Source: an uncultured Nitrospiraceae bacterium
GTDB lineage: Bacteria > Nitrospirota > Nitrospiria > Nitrospirales > Nitrospiraceae
DNA length: 64,000 bases
Assembly: GCA_963846575.1 (NCBI GenBank)
Contig: CAWJWJ010000001.1
Span: 992,001-1,056,000, forward strand
Direction: 5' to 3'
The notes beneath the pieces are model-generated. The model saw only the letters and a list, made by a program, of their open reading frames with translations. It did no database searches and was not told the DNA's origin. The number at the start of each line of letters is the position of its first letter. The stretch's first letter is position 1. Positions 49,847 to 60,610 of the stretch are shown piece after piece. The position numbers were made by a program, and so were the translations under genes.

Positions 49847-51186
49847 ATGATAAAAGTCGGCGTATCGCAGCCTGGAGCGCGAGCGCACCTCACCCAATTG
49901 TTCCAAGCGGCACTACAGGCTGTCGACCCGTATGAGGCCGTCTGTCGCCAGGTCAACCTGCGGCGTGGGCGGCTGATCATCGGTTCACAGCACTATCGGC
50001 TTCTTCCACAGCAACGAATCGTAATTGTTGGAGCGGGTAAGGCATCGGCCCGCATGGCCCAGGCCCTGGAAAAAAAGTTGGGCCCGCAAATCGACAGCGG
50101 ACTGGTGGTGGTGAAGTATGGCCACGGTGCCGCCACAAACAAGATTCGTATCGTGGAGGCGGGACATCCGGTTCCGGATGAGGCTGGGGTCGACGCCGGT
50201 CGGATGATCATGGAGGTCGTCGGAACCTTGACGGCGGATGATCTGCTGATTGTGCTTCTTTCGGGCGGAGCGTCGAGTCTCCTCCCTGTACCGGCCCAAG
50301 GCATTAGCCTCAAGGATAAACAACAAACCACTCACCTGCTGCTACGGTCCGGTGCGACCATTCAAGAAATGAATGCAGTTCGCAAGCATCTGTCGCGCGT
50401 GAAGGGCGGGCAACTTGCGGCTGCCACTCCCGCGCGGGTGGCGAGTGTTATCCTGTCAGACGTGATCGGAAATGATCTGGGGACGATCGGATCCGGTCCA
50501 ACCGCCCCTGATCCAACTACATTTCGAGAAGCCTGGACGATTCTGAAACGATATGGAGTCTCCGCGCGTCTTCCGAGTTCAGTACGACGGCGGATGGAAG
50601 CGGGTATTGGCAAGGCTGTGGCGGAAACGCCAAAACCAGGCGCCGCTCTCTTTCGCCGTGTGGGAAATGTGCTTGTCGGAGACAATCAGGCGGCGGTTGA
50701 TGCGGTCGCCCACGCTGCGAAGGTGCAAGGACTCCGGAGCCTGGTTCTTTCGACAACTGTCACCGGTGAGGCCCGAGAAGTTGCCAAACTGTTTGGGGCG
50801 ATGGCTCGAGAAATTGTGTCCAAGGGACGGCCCATCAAGCGCCCATGTTGCGTCATTGCGGGGGGGAGACCACGGTAACGGTGCGTGGAGAGGGGCAGGG
50901 CGGGCGGGCCCAGGAGTTTGCACTGGCCGCGGCGTTGGAGATAGCAGGCTTGTCTAAGGTATGGGTGGCGGGTTTTGCCACCGATGGCACTGATGGCCCG
51001 AAACCGGTGGCCGGAGCAGTTGTCGATGGTGAGACCGCTGCTCGGGCAGCGCGTTGCCGGCTGGATTTGGTCCGCGCACTGCAGGAGAACGATGCCTATC
51101 CAGTTTTCAGAAAGCTGAAGGCTCACATCGTGACCGGTCCTACCGGGACCAACGTGAACGATCTTTACCTCCTTCTCGTACTCTAG
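49847..51186 (+). CDS. Glycerate kinase type 2 (MOFRL family), one -1 frameshift in a G run at 50860-50866
   Basis: GAGKA, SGGASSL, GSGPT, GG|ETTV, TDGTDG, TGTNVND across two ORFs. Confidence 0.88.
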
Positions 51187-51202
51187 GTACTATCCCAACT
51201 AC

Positions 51203-53833
51203 ATGTCTGCACCACTGATGCTTTCCCTTGAGGAGAGTCGTGATCCGTCCTTCGTGGGCGGAAAAGCCGCGGGGTTGGCAATCCTGATCGACGCCGGCTT
51301 TCCAGTGCCCCGAGGGTTGTGTGTCACCACGGCTCTCTATCACCATTGCCTGAAAGCCGGAGGAATTGATGAGGCGGAGGTGTGGAAAAAGGTTCGACTC
51401 TCGTCAGATGAAGAGCGAACTCATGAATCGGAGAAAATTCGAGCGGTGTTGTTGGACCAGGAATGGCCGGAGAGATTTCCAGCCGATTTGACAATGCGAC
51501 TTGCCACTTTCACCCAAGACCCTACGATCCGGTGGGCGGTTCGTTCCTCTGCAACCAATGAAGACGGGGCAAAGGCGAGTGCGGCCGGGCTGTACCGGAC
51601 GACACTTGGGTGCTTATCCCACGAGATTTTGCCGGCGATCCGTGACTGCTGGATGTCATTGTGGGACGAGCAGGTGCTCCAATACGTGCTCAGAACTCGC
51701 GCCGACCTACCCGATCCGGCGATGGCTGTGGTGGTTCAGCCCATGCTGGATGCGAAGGCTGCGGGTGTCGCCTACTCGATTCATCCTGTGACAGGACGAT
51801 CTTCCCAAGTCACCATCAATGCCGTACCCGGCCTCGCGGCACCGCTTGTCAGCGGAAGCATAACCCCGGATCAATATATGGTGGAAATGAGGGGGGATCT
51901 GCTCCGGCCTCTGCGTATTCGTCGACGAATCGTTGTTCCCAAGCTTCAGAAGCTGCTCCTCAGGGCCGACGGACTTCGAACGGAACCGATCGCGGAGGCA
52001 GACCAACAGCAATCCTCCTTGACCGATGAACAACTCCTTGAGCTTGCCCGATTGGCCAAAGAAATCGAAGCCGCGTTTAAACAGCCAGTCGATTTCGAAT
52101 GGGTGTGGGATGTCAAGGGACTGTGGGTCGTGCAGGCACGCGCGGTCACGGCCGTGCGGGCATCCGACGAACTGACTGACGAGGAATGTGAATGGACGCG
52201 AGCAAATTTAAAAGAAACCATGCCGGAATTGCCAAGTCCGCTCGGACTCTCCTTTCTTCAACGATTCATGGAGGCCTATATCGTCACGCCCTATCGGCGA
52301 CTTGGTTGTGCGGTGCCGCCGAAGCTCTCATCGGTTCGTGTGTTGCATGGACGACCCTATCTCAATGTGACCTTGTTTTATTCGTTGGTGGTCCAACTCT
52401 ATGGAAATCCTGCATTTATTACCGAGCAGATGGGGGGGCCACGTTTGACCTTTATGCCGCCTGTGCAGCCGCTCGGGCCGGTCGCCTTCCTCAGGGCCGG
52501 ATTGGTCATGGTGCGGGAATGGCGCAGGGTGACCCGTCAGGCGCCTACTAATTTTGCCTCGATGAAACGGATGTCGGACACGTATCAGCCCGGATGCATT
52601 CAGCACTGGTCGCGGCAGGACTTGACTGAGGCCCTCGAGAAGCTCAAGCGGTGGCTTGACGAGCATGAAATCACCTTTGGGATCGCTGCAGGCGTGGCGC
52701 AAAGCCTCCAGGCCTTGGGGACCTTTCTGCCTGGTTGGCTAGGGCCGGACTGGCGGGAATTGCTCAATGCTTCCGTGCAAGGCCAGGGAACAGTGATCAG
52801 CGCGCAGCAAATTGTTCGATTGGCTGAACTCGTAGAAGCCGCGCGTAGGGAAGTGGTGGTCCGACAGTGGTTCCTTTCGGAGCCCTCACCAGCACAAGAT
52901 TTTCGAGAAACCCTCGTTGGAACGGTATTTCTACGGCTGTTCGAGCAGTATCTGGAGGAGTACGGGCATCGGGCTGTCGGTGAATCCGACGTGATGACTC
53001 CACGCATAGGGGAGCAGCCGGAAAATATTCTAAATGTGCTTCGGACGCAGGTTTCTTCAGATGCAACTCCATCTCCGACTGAAATCGCATCACGTCAGGC
53101 ACACCGGCGAGAAGCGGCGCTCGCCGAAATACACGAGCGATTCGGTTCACGGCTTCATCGGCGGATCATATTTGGATGGTGGTACAGGCGACTCTGCCGA
53201 TTCAGTGTTCTGCGAGAGGCAAATCGTCACCATTTGATGTACTACTCCACGGCGGTGCGCCATCTGCTGCTCTGCTTGGGAGAGCGATTGGTAGGGCAGG
53301 GCACAATGACATTGCGCGAAGACGTGTTTTACCTGACGCTGGACGAATGTGACGCAATGGGTCAGGCACCAGGCCGAGACTGGCGAAAGCTGGTACAGGA
53401 TCGTCGCGAAGAAAGGGCCCGAAACCAGGGTCTGCAGGTTCCTGACATCATCCAAGATTGGGAAGAGGCCGTTTATCGGACAGATCGAGCGGAACGTGGC
53501 GTTTCAGATGGAGATTTACGGGGCATTGCCATCAGTGCCGGGACGGCCAGCGGACCGGTTCGAATCATACGATCCACGGTGGATTGGAAGGGAGTTCAGG
53601 CCGGGGATATCCTCGTCGTGCCGGTAATCGATCCCGGTATGGCGCCGCTTTTTGGCATGGCAGCCGGCCTGGTGGCAGAGATGGGGGGCACACTCTCTCA
53701 TGGTGCCATTATTGCCCGGGAATACGGCCTCCCGGTTCTGGTCAATGTGCCCTATGCAACCAGTCTTTTGTGCCAGAATGAGCAGGTCCAAATCGAGAGC
53801 GAAACGGGCACAATCAGGCGGTTGAACTCTTGA
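51203..53833 (+). CDS. PEP-utilizing phosphotransferase (PPDK N-terminal, large central domain, C-terminal His swivel)
   Basis: VGGKA, AVRSSATNED, VQARAVT, GGTLSHGAIIAREYGLP. Confidence 0.88.
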   Translation: MSAPLMLSLEESRDPSFVGGKAAGLAILIDAGFPVPRGLCVTTALYHHCLKAGGIDEAEVWKKVRLSSDEERTHESEKIRAVLLDQEWPERFPADLTMRLATFTQDPTIRWAVRSSATNEDGAKASAAGLYRTTLGCLSHEILPAIRDCWMSLWDEQVLQYVLRTRADLPDPAMAVVVQPMLDAKAAGVAYSIHPVTGRSSQVTINAVPGLAAPLVSGSITPDQYMVEMRGDLLRPLRIRRRIVVPKLQKLLLRADGLRTEPIAEADQQQSSLTDEQLLELARLAKEIEAAFKQPVDFEWVWDVKGLWVVQARAVTAVRASDELTDEECEWTRANLKETMPELPSPLGLSFLQRFMEAYIVTPYRRLGCAVPPKLSSVRVLHGRPYLNVTLFYSLVVQLYGNPAFITEQMGGPRLTFMPPVQPLGPVAFLRAGLVMVREWRRVTRQAPTNFASMKRMSDTYQPGCIQHWSRQDLTEALEKLKRWLDEHEITFGIAAGVAQSLQALGTFLPGWLGPDWRELLNASVQGQGTVISAQQIVRLAELVEAARREVVVRQWFLSEPSPAQDFRETLVGTVFLRLFEQYLEEYGHRAVGESDVMTPRIGEQPENILNVLRTQVSSDATPSPTEIASRQAHRREAALAEIHERFGSRLHRRIIFGWWYRRLCRFSVLREANRHHLMYYSTAVRHLLLCLGERLVGQGTMTLREDVFYLTLDECDAMGQAPGRDWRKLVQDRREERARNQGLQVPDIIQDWEEAVYRTDRAERGVSDGDLRGIAISAGTASGPVRIIRSTVDWKGVQAGDILVVPVIDPGMAPLFGMAAGLVAEMGGTLSHGAIIAREYGLPVLVNVPYATSLLCQNEQVQIESETGTIRRLNS

Positions 53834-53927
53834 CGTTTCCAGGCGTTTCTCGTAGGCTCTACGCGATTTCCCTACGGAAGCAGGTGAGCAAATACCAACC
53901 ATTCTGAATACCCGTAGGGAACCGCCC

Positions 53928-55343
53928 ATGATCGACCTTGCTTCTTCGACATTTCTGATCGGCGCCGCAGTCGGCTTGATCGTGGGGCTCTCCCTGGCTG
54001 GCTGGTGGGTGACGTTCCGTGTTCAAGGGCGGTTCCATGCGGAGTTGATGGAGGTTGGCGAGCGCGCGCAACGAGCCGATGCACTGGCTGCCATACTACG
54101 GCAAGGTCGGGAGGAGCAGGATGCCGAAATGGAGCAGTTACGGCAAACCCTGGTCGAGTCTCAAGCAGGCCGGACAAAGGCCGAAACGCGTATGGAAGAA
54201 GTCACGCGCAGCTTGGAAGACCAACGGTCCATGCTGGCACAGGCGCGACAGGAGCTGCATCAATCATTCGAGGCCCTTTCCGGCCAAGCTTTAAAACAGA
54301 ATAACGAAGCCTTTTTGAATCTCGCGCGCACTTCGTTTGCGGCATTGCACGCGGAAGCCAAGGGCGAACTGTCGCAGCGGCAACAGGCCATCGATGAGCT
54401 GGTTAAACCGCTGGAGGAATCCTTGCGGCGCTATGAGGAGCAACTGAGTCAAGCCGAGCAGATCCGGCAGCGAGAGTATGGGGGACTCGATCAGCAGCTC
54501 AAGTTTATGGCGGAATCACACCAACGGCTTCAGCAGGAAACCAGCAATCTGGTGAAAGCTCTACGATCCCCGTCCGTGCGCGGCCGCTGGGGAGAGATGA
54601 CCTTGCGCCGAGTGGCCGAACTTGCGGGCATGGTCGCCCATTGTGATTTTCTCGAGCAAGATACGGTAGGATCAATGGAGGGTCTCTTACGTCCTGACAT
54701 GGTCGTGTGTTTGCCGGGTGGACGTCAGATTGTGGTGGATGCGAAAACAGTGTTGGCCGCCTATCTTGATGCCTATGAAACGCAGGACGATCAGCAGCGG
54801 CAGGCTCACTTACGTCGCCATGCCGGGCAAGTGCGGGCCAGGATGGAGGCGCTGAGCCTGAAGGCCTATTGGACGCAGTTCCCACAGACCCCGGAATTCG
54901 TGGTGCTGTTCCTGCCCGGGGAGCAATTTCTTGGGGCGGCGCTCGAACAGGATCCGACCCTGATCGAAGACGGCTTCGCTCAAGGAATCGTGGTTGCGAC
55001 CCCCACTACGCTGATGGCGCTCCTACGGGCAGTGGCCTACGGCTGGCGGCAAGAGCAGCTGACCGAGCATGCCGAGCAGGCGGGCCGGTTGGGGAAGGAT
55101 CTCTACGAACGAATGGCAACCTTGACCGACCACCTGAGCGAAATCGGGCAGGCTCTCGGGAAGAGCGTCGGCGCGTATAATAAGGCAGTAGGGTCGTTGG
55201 AGAGCAGAGTGCTGCCGGCTGCGAGAAAATTCAAGGATCTCGGGATTTCATCGGACAAAGACATTACCGTGCTGGAAACCTGCGAGATCGAGCCAAGAGC
55301 TGGACTACCTTATGCTGCCGAAGGTATGAGGACCGTGGGATGA
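53928..55343 (+). CDS. rmuC: DNA recombination protein RmuC
   Basis: TM plus coiled coil, RGRWGEMTL, RPD, VDAK, PEFVVLFLP, TPTTL. Confidence 0.93.
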   Translation: MIDLASSTFLIGAAVGLIVGLSLAGWWVTFRVQGRFHAELMEVGERAQRADALAAILRQGREEQDAEMEQLRQTLVESQAGRTKAETRMEEVTRSLEDQRSMLAQARQELHQSFEALSGQALKQNNEAFLNLARTSFAALHAEAKGELSQRQQAIDELVKPLEESLRRYEEQLSQAEQIRQREYGGLDQQLKFMAESHQRLQQETSNLVKALRSPSVRGRWGEMTLRRVAELAGMVAHCDFLEQDTVGSMEGLLRPDMVVCLPGGRQIVVDAKTVLAAYLDAYETQDDQQRQAHLRRHAGQVRARMEALSLKAYWTQFPQTPEFVVLFLPGEQFLGAALEQDPTLIEDGFAQGIVVATPTTLMALLRAVAYGWRQEQLTEHAEQAGRLGKDLYERMATLTDHLSEIGQALGKSVGAYNKAVGSLESRVLPAARKFKDLGISSDKDITVLETCEIEPRAGLPYAAEGMRTVG

Positions 55344-55771
55344 TGGATCCCCAGGCAATGGTGGAGGAATTTCACCGCAAATTTGAAATTGCTATTGGTC
55401 ACACGCCAAGCGTGCCAGGGGATGGAATCCGTGAGCTACGAGTGCGGCTCATTCAGGAGGAGTTTGATGAGCTCAAAGAAGCGATGGCCACCCAGGACCT
55501 TGCGGGCGTGGCTAAAGAACTGGCCGATCTGCTGTATGTAGTGTACGGAACGGCCGTCGCCTATGGGATGGATATGGATCCGGTGTTCCGGGAAGTTCAC
55601 CGATCGAACTTGAGCAAGGTGGGCGGCTATAAGCGCGCTGACGGCAAATGGGTCAAACCGCCGACCTATTCTCCGGCGCAGGTAGAACCGCTGCTTGAGG
55701 CCCAGTCGGCAAGACGACCCGTGGCATCAGCCGCACCGGATGCGGGAAGGATGCAGGAGCCAGAATCGTAG
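55340..55771 (+). CDS. MazG-like/PRA-PH NTP pyrophosphohydrolase
   Basis: LIQEEFDEL, KELADLLYV, EVHRSNLSK, DGKWVKP. Confidence 0.88.
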   Translation: MMDPQAMVEEFHRKFEIAIGHTPSVPGDGIRELRVRLIQEEFDELKEAMATQDLAGVAKELADLLYVVYGTAVAYGMDMDPVFREVHRSNLSKVGGYKRADGKWVKPPTYSPAQVEPLLEAQSARRPVASAAPDAGRMQEPES

Positions 55772-55772
55772 G

Positions 55773-56282
55773 ATGAAAGAATTGCATTGTCCGGCGTGCG
55801 GCACGCCGTGTGTCAGAGTATCCGCCAGGTCGGGTGTCATTGAAAAGGCATTCAATTGGCTGAATATCTTTCAATTCCGCTGTCAGCTCTGCACCACCCG
55901 TTTCCAGGCTCGAAGGCCCGGGAATCGACAAACCTCGCAAGAATTTGATCGCCGCGAATATCGACGGTTGCGCACGAACCTTGCCGCGTCGTTGGTCTTG
56001 GACCCCCCGGCCGTGGACGGCCTGGTATCAGACATCTCGATGGGTGGCTGTACCCTGCAAGCTGCCACCTCGCTTCCGAAGGGTACGTTTGTGAAGGTGT
56101 TGCTGCACGTGCCAGGAGGACAACCCGATATCAAAGTCGAGGCGGCCATGATCTGTTCGATTCAACCTCTCTCGGTCGGTGTAAAATTCTTGGAATTTCA
56201 GCCCCAGGATAAACAACGCATGGGCGAATTAGTTTTGGAACTCCTCGCCTATGAAACTACAGCTCCCAGAGTCAGCGCCTAG
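55773..56282 (+). CDS. Zinc-ribbon-PilZ fusion protein
   Basis: CPAC...FRCQLC then RREYRR...DISMGG. Confidence 0.85.
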   Translation: MKELHCPACGTPCVRVSARSGVIEKAFNWLNIFQFRCQLCTTRFQARRPGNRQTSQEFDRREYRRLRTNLAASLVLDPPAVDGLVSDISMGGCTLQAATSLPKGTFVKVLLHVPGGQPDIKVEAAMICSIQPLSVGVKFLEFQPQDKQRMGELVLELLAYETTAPRVSA

Positions 56283-56387
56283 CCCTGGCCACGTGCCCCA
56301 CTAGCTATCTATAGAGACAGGCCCCGACTCGGCTGAGCCGCACCTTGAGCCATGCGATCGATCCTACCGAGATCCTGAGAAACCACT

Positions 56388-57245
56388 CTAGATTTTTCCT
56401 CGTACCGAGACCAGCCTGTTGTCGAGCAAGCGTACCGATCCGATACGAAGCGCGCCGAGCAGCGCGACCCTACGGTGGACCATTTTTAGTGGTTCAAGAG
56501 ACTGGGGATCGCACACCGCCAAGTATTCCGGAGTGGCCAGGGATTCTCGTCTCAAAACTTCAGCCATGGTGCGTTGGACTCGTGTGGCCTGCCGCTCTCC
56601 GGCACGAATGGCTGATGCACCTGCCTCCAGCGCCCGATAGAGAGCTGGCGCGGCCTGACGTTGAGGGGGAGTGAGATACACATTACGCGAACTCAGCGCC
56701 AGCCCATCCGGCTCCCGCACGGTGGGGTGGATGATTAGTCGACCGGGGAGGTGAAGGTCTTTGAGGAGTTGCTGGACAAGCACAGCTTGCTGATAATCCT
56801 TTTGACCGAACCAGCTGATGTCGGGCTGGACCAGGCCTAGCAATTTGGTGACGATGGTCGCCACGCCCTGAAAATGATGCGGTCGCGCTTCGCCTTCCCA
56901 TAGGCGGGCCAAGGCCGGGACCGAGACAATGGTTTGAGCGTCTGGAGGATACATCGCATGACGCTCCGGGGCGAAGACCACATCGACGCCCTCCGCGCGG
57001 CAGAGGGCCCGATCGAGACTCAGCTGGCGGGGATATTTCTCGAGATCTTCCGACGGGCCGAACTGCGTCGGGTTCACGAAGATACTCACGACCACCGCAT
57101 CGCAGGTCAATCTGGCGGCACGGATCAGGGCGCGATGGCCTGCGTGCAACGCTCCCATCGTCGGGACGAACCCGATGGTCACACCCTCTCGACGTAGCTG
57201 ATGGCTCCAAACAGCCATGGCCATTGGCTTGCGGATAATGTTCAT
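56388..57245 (-). CDS. panC: Pantoate-beta-alanine ligase
   Basis: VPTMGALHAGH, FVNPTQF, GQKDYQQ, SSRN. Confidence 0.97.
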   Translation of the reverse strand: MNIIRKPMAMAVWSHQLRREGVTIGFVPTMGALHAGHRALIRAARLTCDAVVVSIFVNPTQFGPSEDLEKYPRQLSLDRALCRAEGVDVVFAPERHAMYPPDAQTIVSVPALARLWEGEARPHHFQGVATIVTKLLGLVQPDISWFGQKDYQQAVLVQQLLKDLHLPGRLIIHPTVREPDGLALSSRNVYLTPPQRQAAPALYRALEAGASAIRAGERQATRVQRTMAEVLRRESLATPEYLAVCDPQSLEPLKMVHRRVALLGALRIGSVRLLDNRLVSVRGKI

Positions 57246-57805
57246 GCGTGGGGCTCGGTTGCCAAAGGAGCATTGCAGGTTGGTTTCGATCCGTAGCGGG
57301 AGCTGGGCTGGGGGTTGAGGAGTCGTACGATCGAGTCGTCAGTCACCTGCGATAAAAGCTCTCGCAGGCTCAGGCCGATCACCGGATGTTGCCGGTCAGG
57401 AGCCAGATCGGCCAGTGGCGCGAGGACAAATCGCCGCTCATGCAGCCGGGGGTGGGGGATCGTCAAAGCGGGATCTTCAATGACGCAATTGTCGTACAAC
57501 AGCAAGTCGAGGTCGAGAGTCCGAGGTCCCTTGCGGTTTTCAGGGTCGCGCCCGAGGGCGCGTTCGATCTCACGGCAAACCTCCAGGAGACTGTTAGGCG
57601 CAATATTCGTTTCGATCTGAACGACGCCGTTGAGGAACCAGTCTGGTCCCGGTGCCGCTCCGTCATTGACTGGCTCGGTTTCATACAGTGAGGACACCCC
57701 GTCGAGGCGTGAATGTGGGAGGAGACTCAGCAGAGTCACGGCACGGTCACAAAAGTCGATCCGGTTACCGAGGTTGGACCCAAAACCGATGAAGGCCGTT
57801 GCCAT
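57242..57805 (-). CDS. folK: 2-amino-4-hydroxy-6-hydroxymethyldihydropteridine diphosphokinase
   Basis: GSNLG, PRTLDLDLL, PHPRLHERRFVL. Confidence 0.96.
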   Translation of the reverse strand: MATAFIGFGSNLGNRIDFCDRAVTLLSLLPHSRLDGVSSLYETEPVNDGAAPGPDWFLNGVVQIETNIAPNSLLEVCREIERALGRDPENRKGPRTLDLDLLLYDNCVIEDPALTIPHPRLHERRFVLAPLADLAPDRQHPVIGLSLRELLSQVTDDSIVRLLNPQPSSRYGSKPTCNAPLATEPHA

Positions 57806-57907
57806 CGCACTCCTATTCCTGCTTAGTGCTCACGGGCTCGGAGTCTCGAATCAAGGCCTGGAGGCTGTCAAATTTCTCAAATGCGCAGTTGGCGCCCATC
57901 AGTCTCA

Positions 57908-59083
57908 TCAGAATCCAGTCTTCTTGATGCGCTCCACTGCTTCTGCGAGTCGCTCCTTTGTGGTGCACACGGTCATTCGGATGTAGCCTTCACCAGGCGC
58001 CCCGAAACCATTACCAGGAGTCGTGACAATGCCCGCCTTTTCCAGAAGGTGAGCCGTGAATGAGGCTGAGGTGTAGCCCTTCGGCACCGCGACCCAGATA
58101 TAGAACGCAGCAGGAGGCGGGTCGACTTCGAGGCCCAGTTTCTTCAAGCCAGGAACCAGCGTGTCCCGTCGTTCCTGGTAGACCTTCCGAAGCCCATCGG
58201 TGACGGGGTCGTCCAGCTCCAGCGCCGTAATCGCGGCCGCCTGCACTGCCTCAAACACGCCGGAATCCAGATTGCTTTTCACCTTACCGAGTCCGGCCAA
58301 GACGTCCTTATTGCCAACGACGAACCCGATACGCCAGCCCGTCATGTTGTAAGTTTTTGAAAGGGAGTGAAACTCCACCCCCACGTCCTTGGCCCCATCC
58401 ACTTCGAGAAAACTAGCCGGACGCTTCCCGTCGTAATATATTTCCGAATAAGCCGCGTCATGGCAGACAATGATGTGGTGTTCCTGCGCAAATTCGACCA
58501 CACGCTTGAAATAGTCTTTGCTCATGATGACGGAGGTGGGATTGTTCGGCGAGTTGAGCCACATGAGTTTGGCCTTGTTCGCCACGTCTTTCGGAATTGC
58601 GTTCAAATCTGGAAGAAACCCATTCGCCTTCGTGAGCGGCATGATGTGGGATATGCCGCCGGAGAAGCTTGTGCCGACAGGGTAGACCGGATAACCCGGG
58701 CTGGGCACGAGAACCACGTCCCCCGGATCAACAAAGGCCAGGTGGACGTGTCCAATGCCTTCTTTCGAGCCGATCAAACTCAGCACTTCGCTGGCCGGAT
58801 CGAGCGTCACATGGAACCGGCGCTTGTACCATTCCGCAACCGCCTTGCGATATGACAGCATTCCTTCATAGGAGGGGTATTGGTGGTGCTTGGGGTTCTT
58901 GGCGGCGATAGCCAGACTCTCGATGATCGGCGTTGGGGTGGGGAGATCAGGATCACCGATGCCGAGATTGATGATATCGACGCCGCGCGCGAGGGCTTCC
59001 TGTTTCATCTTGTCGATGGCGGCGAACAAATAAGGGGGCAATGTCTTGATACGGGTGGCGTATTCGATCGGAAAACCGGACAT
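57908..59083 (-). CDS. dapL: LL-diaminopimelate aminotransferase
   Basis: LPPYLFA, GIGDPD, GSKEG, PNNPT, HSLSKTYNMTGWRIG. Confidence 0.85.
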   Translation of the reverse strand: MSGFPIEYATRIKTLPPYLFAAIDKMKQEALARGVDIINLGIGDPDLPTPTPIIESLAIAAKNPKHHQYPSYEGMLSYRKAVAEWYKRRFHVTLDPASEVLSLIGSKEGIGHVHLAFVDPGDVVLVPSPGYPVYPVGTSFSGGISHIMPLTKANGFLPDLNAIPKDVANKAKLMWLNSPNNPTSVIMSKDYFKRVVEFAQEHHIIVCHDAAYSEIYYDGKRPASFLEVDGAKDVGVEFHSLSKTYNMTGWRIGFVVGNKDVLAGLGKVKSNLDSGVFEAVQAAAITALELDDPVTDGLRKVYQERRDTLVPGLKKLGLEVDPPPAAFYIWVAVPKGYTSASFTAHLLEKAGIVTTPGNGFGAPGEGYIRMTVCTTKERLAEAVERIKKTGF

Positions 59084-59453
59084 GCGTGAGGGCTCCTTTG
59101 TTGGCCTGAGCGTCGGCGCTCAGCAATGTAGAATGCATGAGCGGCGAGCAGCCGTCAGCAGGGTTTCATCCAGAGGTTAGGGTACCGCAGGAGCACCATC
59201 GCAATCAACGGAGTCGCTGCGGGCAGCCCATCGCGCATTGGTCTCGCGTGAGCAAACTGTGGGCAACGGCGCATCTGGTTGGATGCCATACGACTCCGGC
59301 CACATTACTGGCCGGAAAAAATCTACTTTCCCGCCAGTTCGTTCTGTACCGTGGAGGCGGCAGTTGACAGGGCATGAGTCTCTGCTTACAGTTCGACGGA
59401 GACGTTACAGACTGTCCTTCCGGGAGATTACTGTTTCGCGCGATCTGGTGGGT

Positions 59454-59906
59454 ATGTCAGCGTTTTCCCAACTCGACGCTTTTTGTCAGACGATTCGACC
59501 ACGAGTGACGATTCCAGTGCTGCTGGGACGGCCCGATGCGGCGGTTCCAGGGCTCTATGTCTGGCCCTGGCGCATGGAGCCCGAGGCCGAACTGTCCAAC
59601 AGACCCGGTACTCCGTCTGGTGGCAGACCCGAGGCATCCCTCAACCAGCCGATACTCAGCATCCGGATACTGATAATCCCGGTTCCTGCGCTATCCGCCG
59701 AAAGCGTGGCGAGCCTCGAGAATGCTCAACTCGCTCTCCACGACCATCCGTTGTTCACGGCCGGTGAAACAGTCTCGCGCGTAGTCGCGGATAGGGCGCT
59801 TTCGGTCGGTGACTTGTCGGCCCTGTTCGCCGCTGCGCAGCTGCCATTTTCACTCTGTGCTGCGTTCGTGCTCTCGGGCCAGGCGAGGCGACTGGTTAAC
59901 CCGTGA
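59454..59906 (+). CDS. Hypothetical protein, DUF4255/Pvc16-N-like
   Basis: LYVWPWRMEP...SN, LSIRILI, LHDHPLF, LSVGDLSALF...FSLCAAF pattern. Confidence 0.55.
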   Translation: MSAFSQLDAFCQTIRPRVTIPVLLGRPDAAVPGLYVWPWRMEPEAELSNRPGTPSGGRPEASLNQPILSIRILIIPVPALSAESVASLENAQLALHDHPLFTAGETVSRVVADRALSVGDLSALFAAAQLPFSLCAAFVLSGQARRLVNP

Positions 59907-60068
59907 ACTATAAAAACCATGTGAAAATGCTGAGATGATCAGGTCAGACGGCAGAATGTTCTCAGGCGGGAGGATAAACGTTACGCGGAGATGCCTCAAC
60001 CCTCTCGCGTCTGCGCGGGACACAGTCAACAAGTTTGGACCGAGAGCCGAGCCTCGGGAGAGCGCTCG

Positions 60069-60425
60069 ATGAAGCAATTAGCGCCTTGTTCCTCAAGCCC
60101 TAATTGTGTGTCCACCCAAGCAAGAGACGCGGATCACGGGATTGCGCCGTATCCTTTCCAGAAAAGTCTGGCTGAAGCCAAAGGCGCGCTCAAAGACATC
60201 GTGCTGTCCATGCCCCGCACGACTCTGGTTTCGGAGGATGTATCCTATCTCCATTTCGAATTCACCAGTCTGTTGTTGAGGTTCGTCGATGACGTAGAGT
60301 TTGTGTTTGACGACGCCACGCGGACGGTGCATTTCCGATCAGCGTCCCGAGTAGGTTACAGCGATCTTGGCGCGAACCGTCGGCGTATGGAGGAGATTCG
60401 GCGACGAGTTGAGAGACAACTGTAG
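60069..60425 (+). CDS. DUF1499 domain protein
   Basis: LAPCSSSPNCVST, FVDDVEF, RSASRVGYSDLGANRRR. Confidence 0.9.
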   Translation: MKQLAPCSSSPNCVSTQARDADHGIAPYPFQKSLAEAKGALKDIVLSMPRTTLVSEDVSYLHFEFTSLLLRFVDDVEFVFDDATRTVHFRSASRVGYSDLGANRRRMEEIRRRVERQL

Positions 60426-60610
60426 ATGGAGACTTTAGCAGCTGCCTGGTGTGGAGGGCTGCGACAGTGCACAATGAACGCGGTACTACGCTCACGTAGT
60501 CTAGCAAGGTCTCTGAAATTTTAATGTTGAAATGCCCGCGCTAAGGCGTCAGTATAAAAACCCCTGACGCGACGTGTGCACGGTAGGGCTCCAGAAAGTC
60601 TGGAAAGCGC

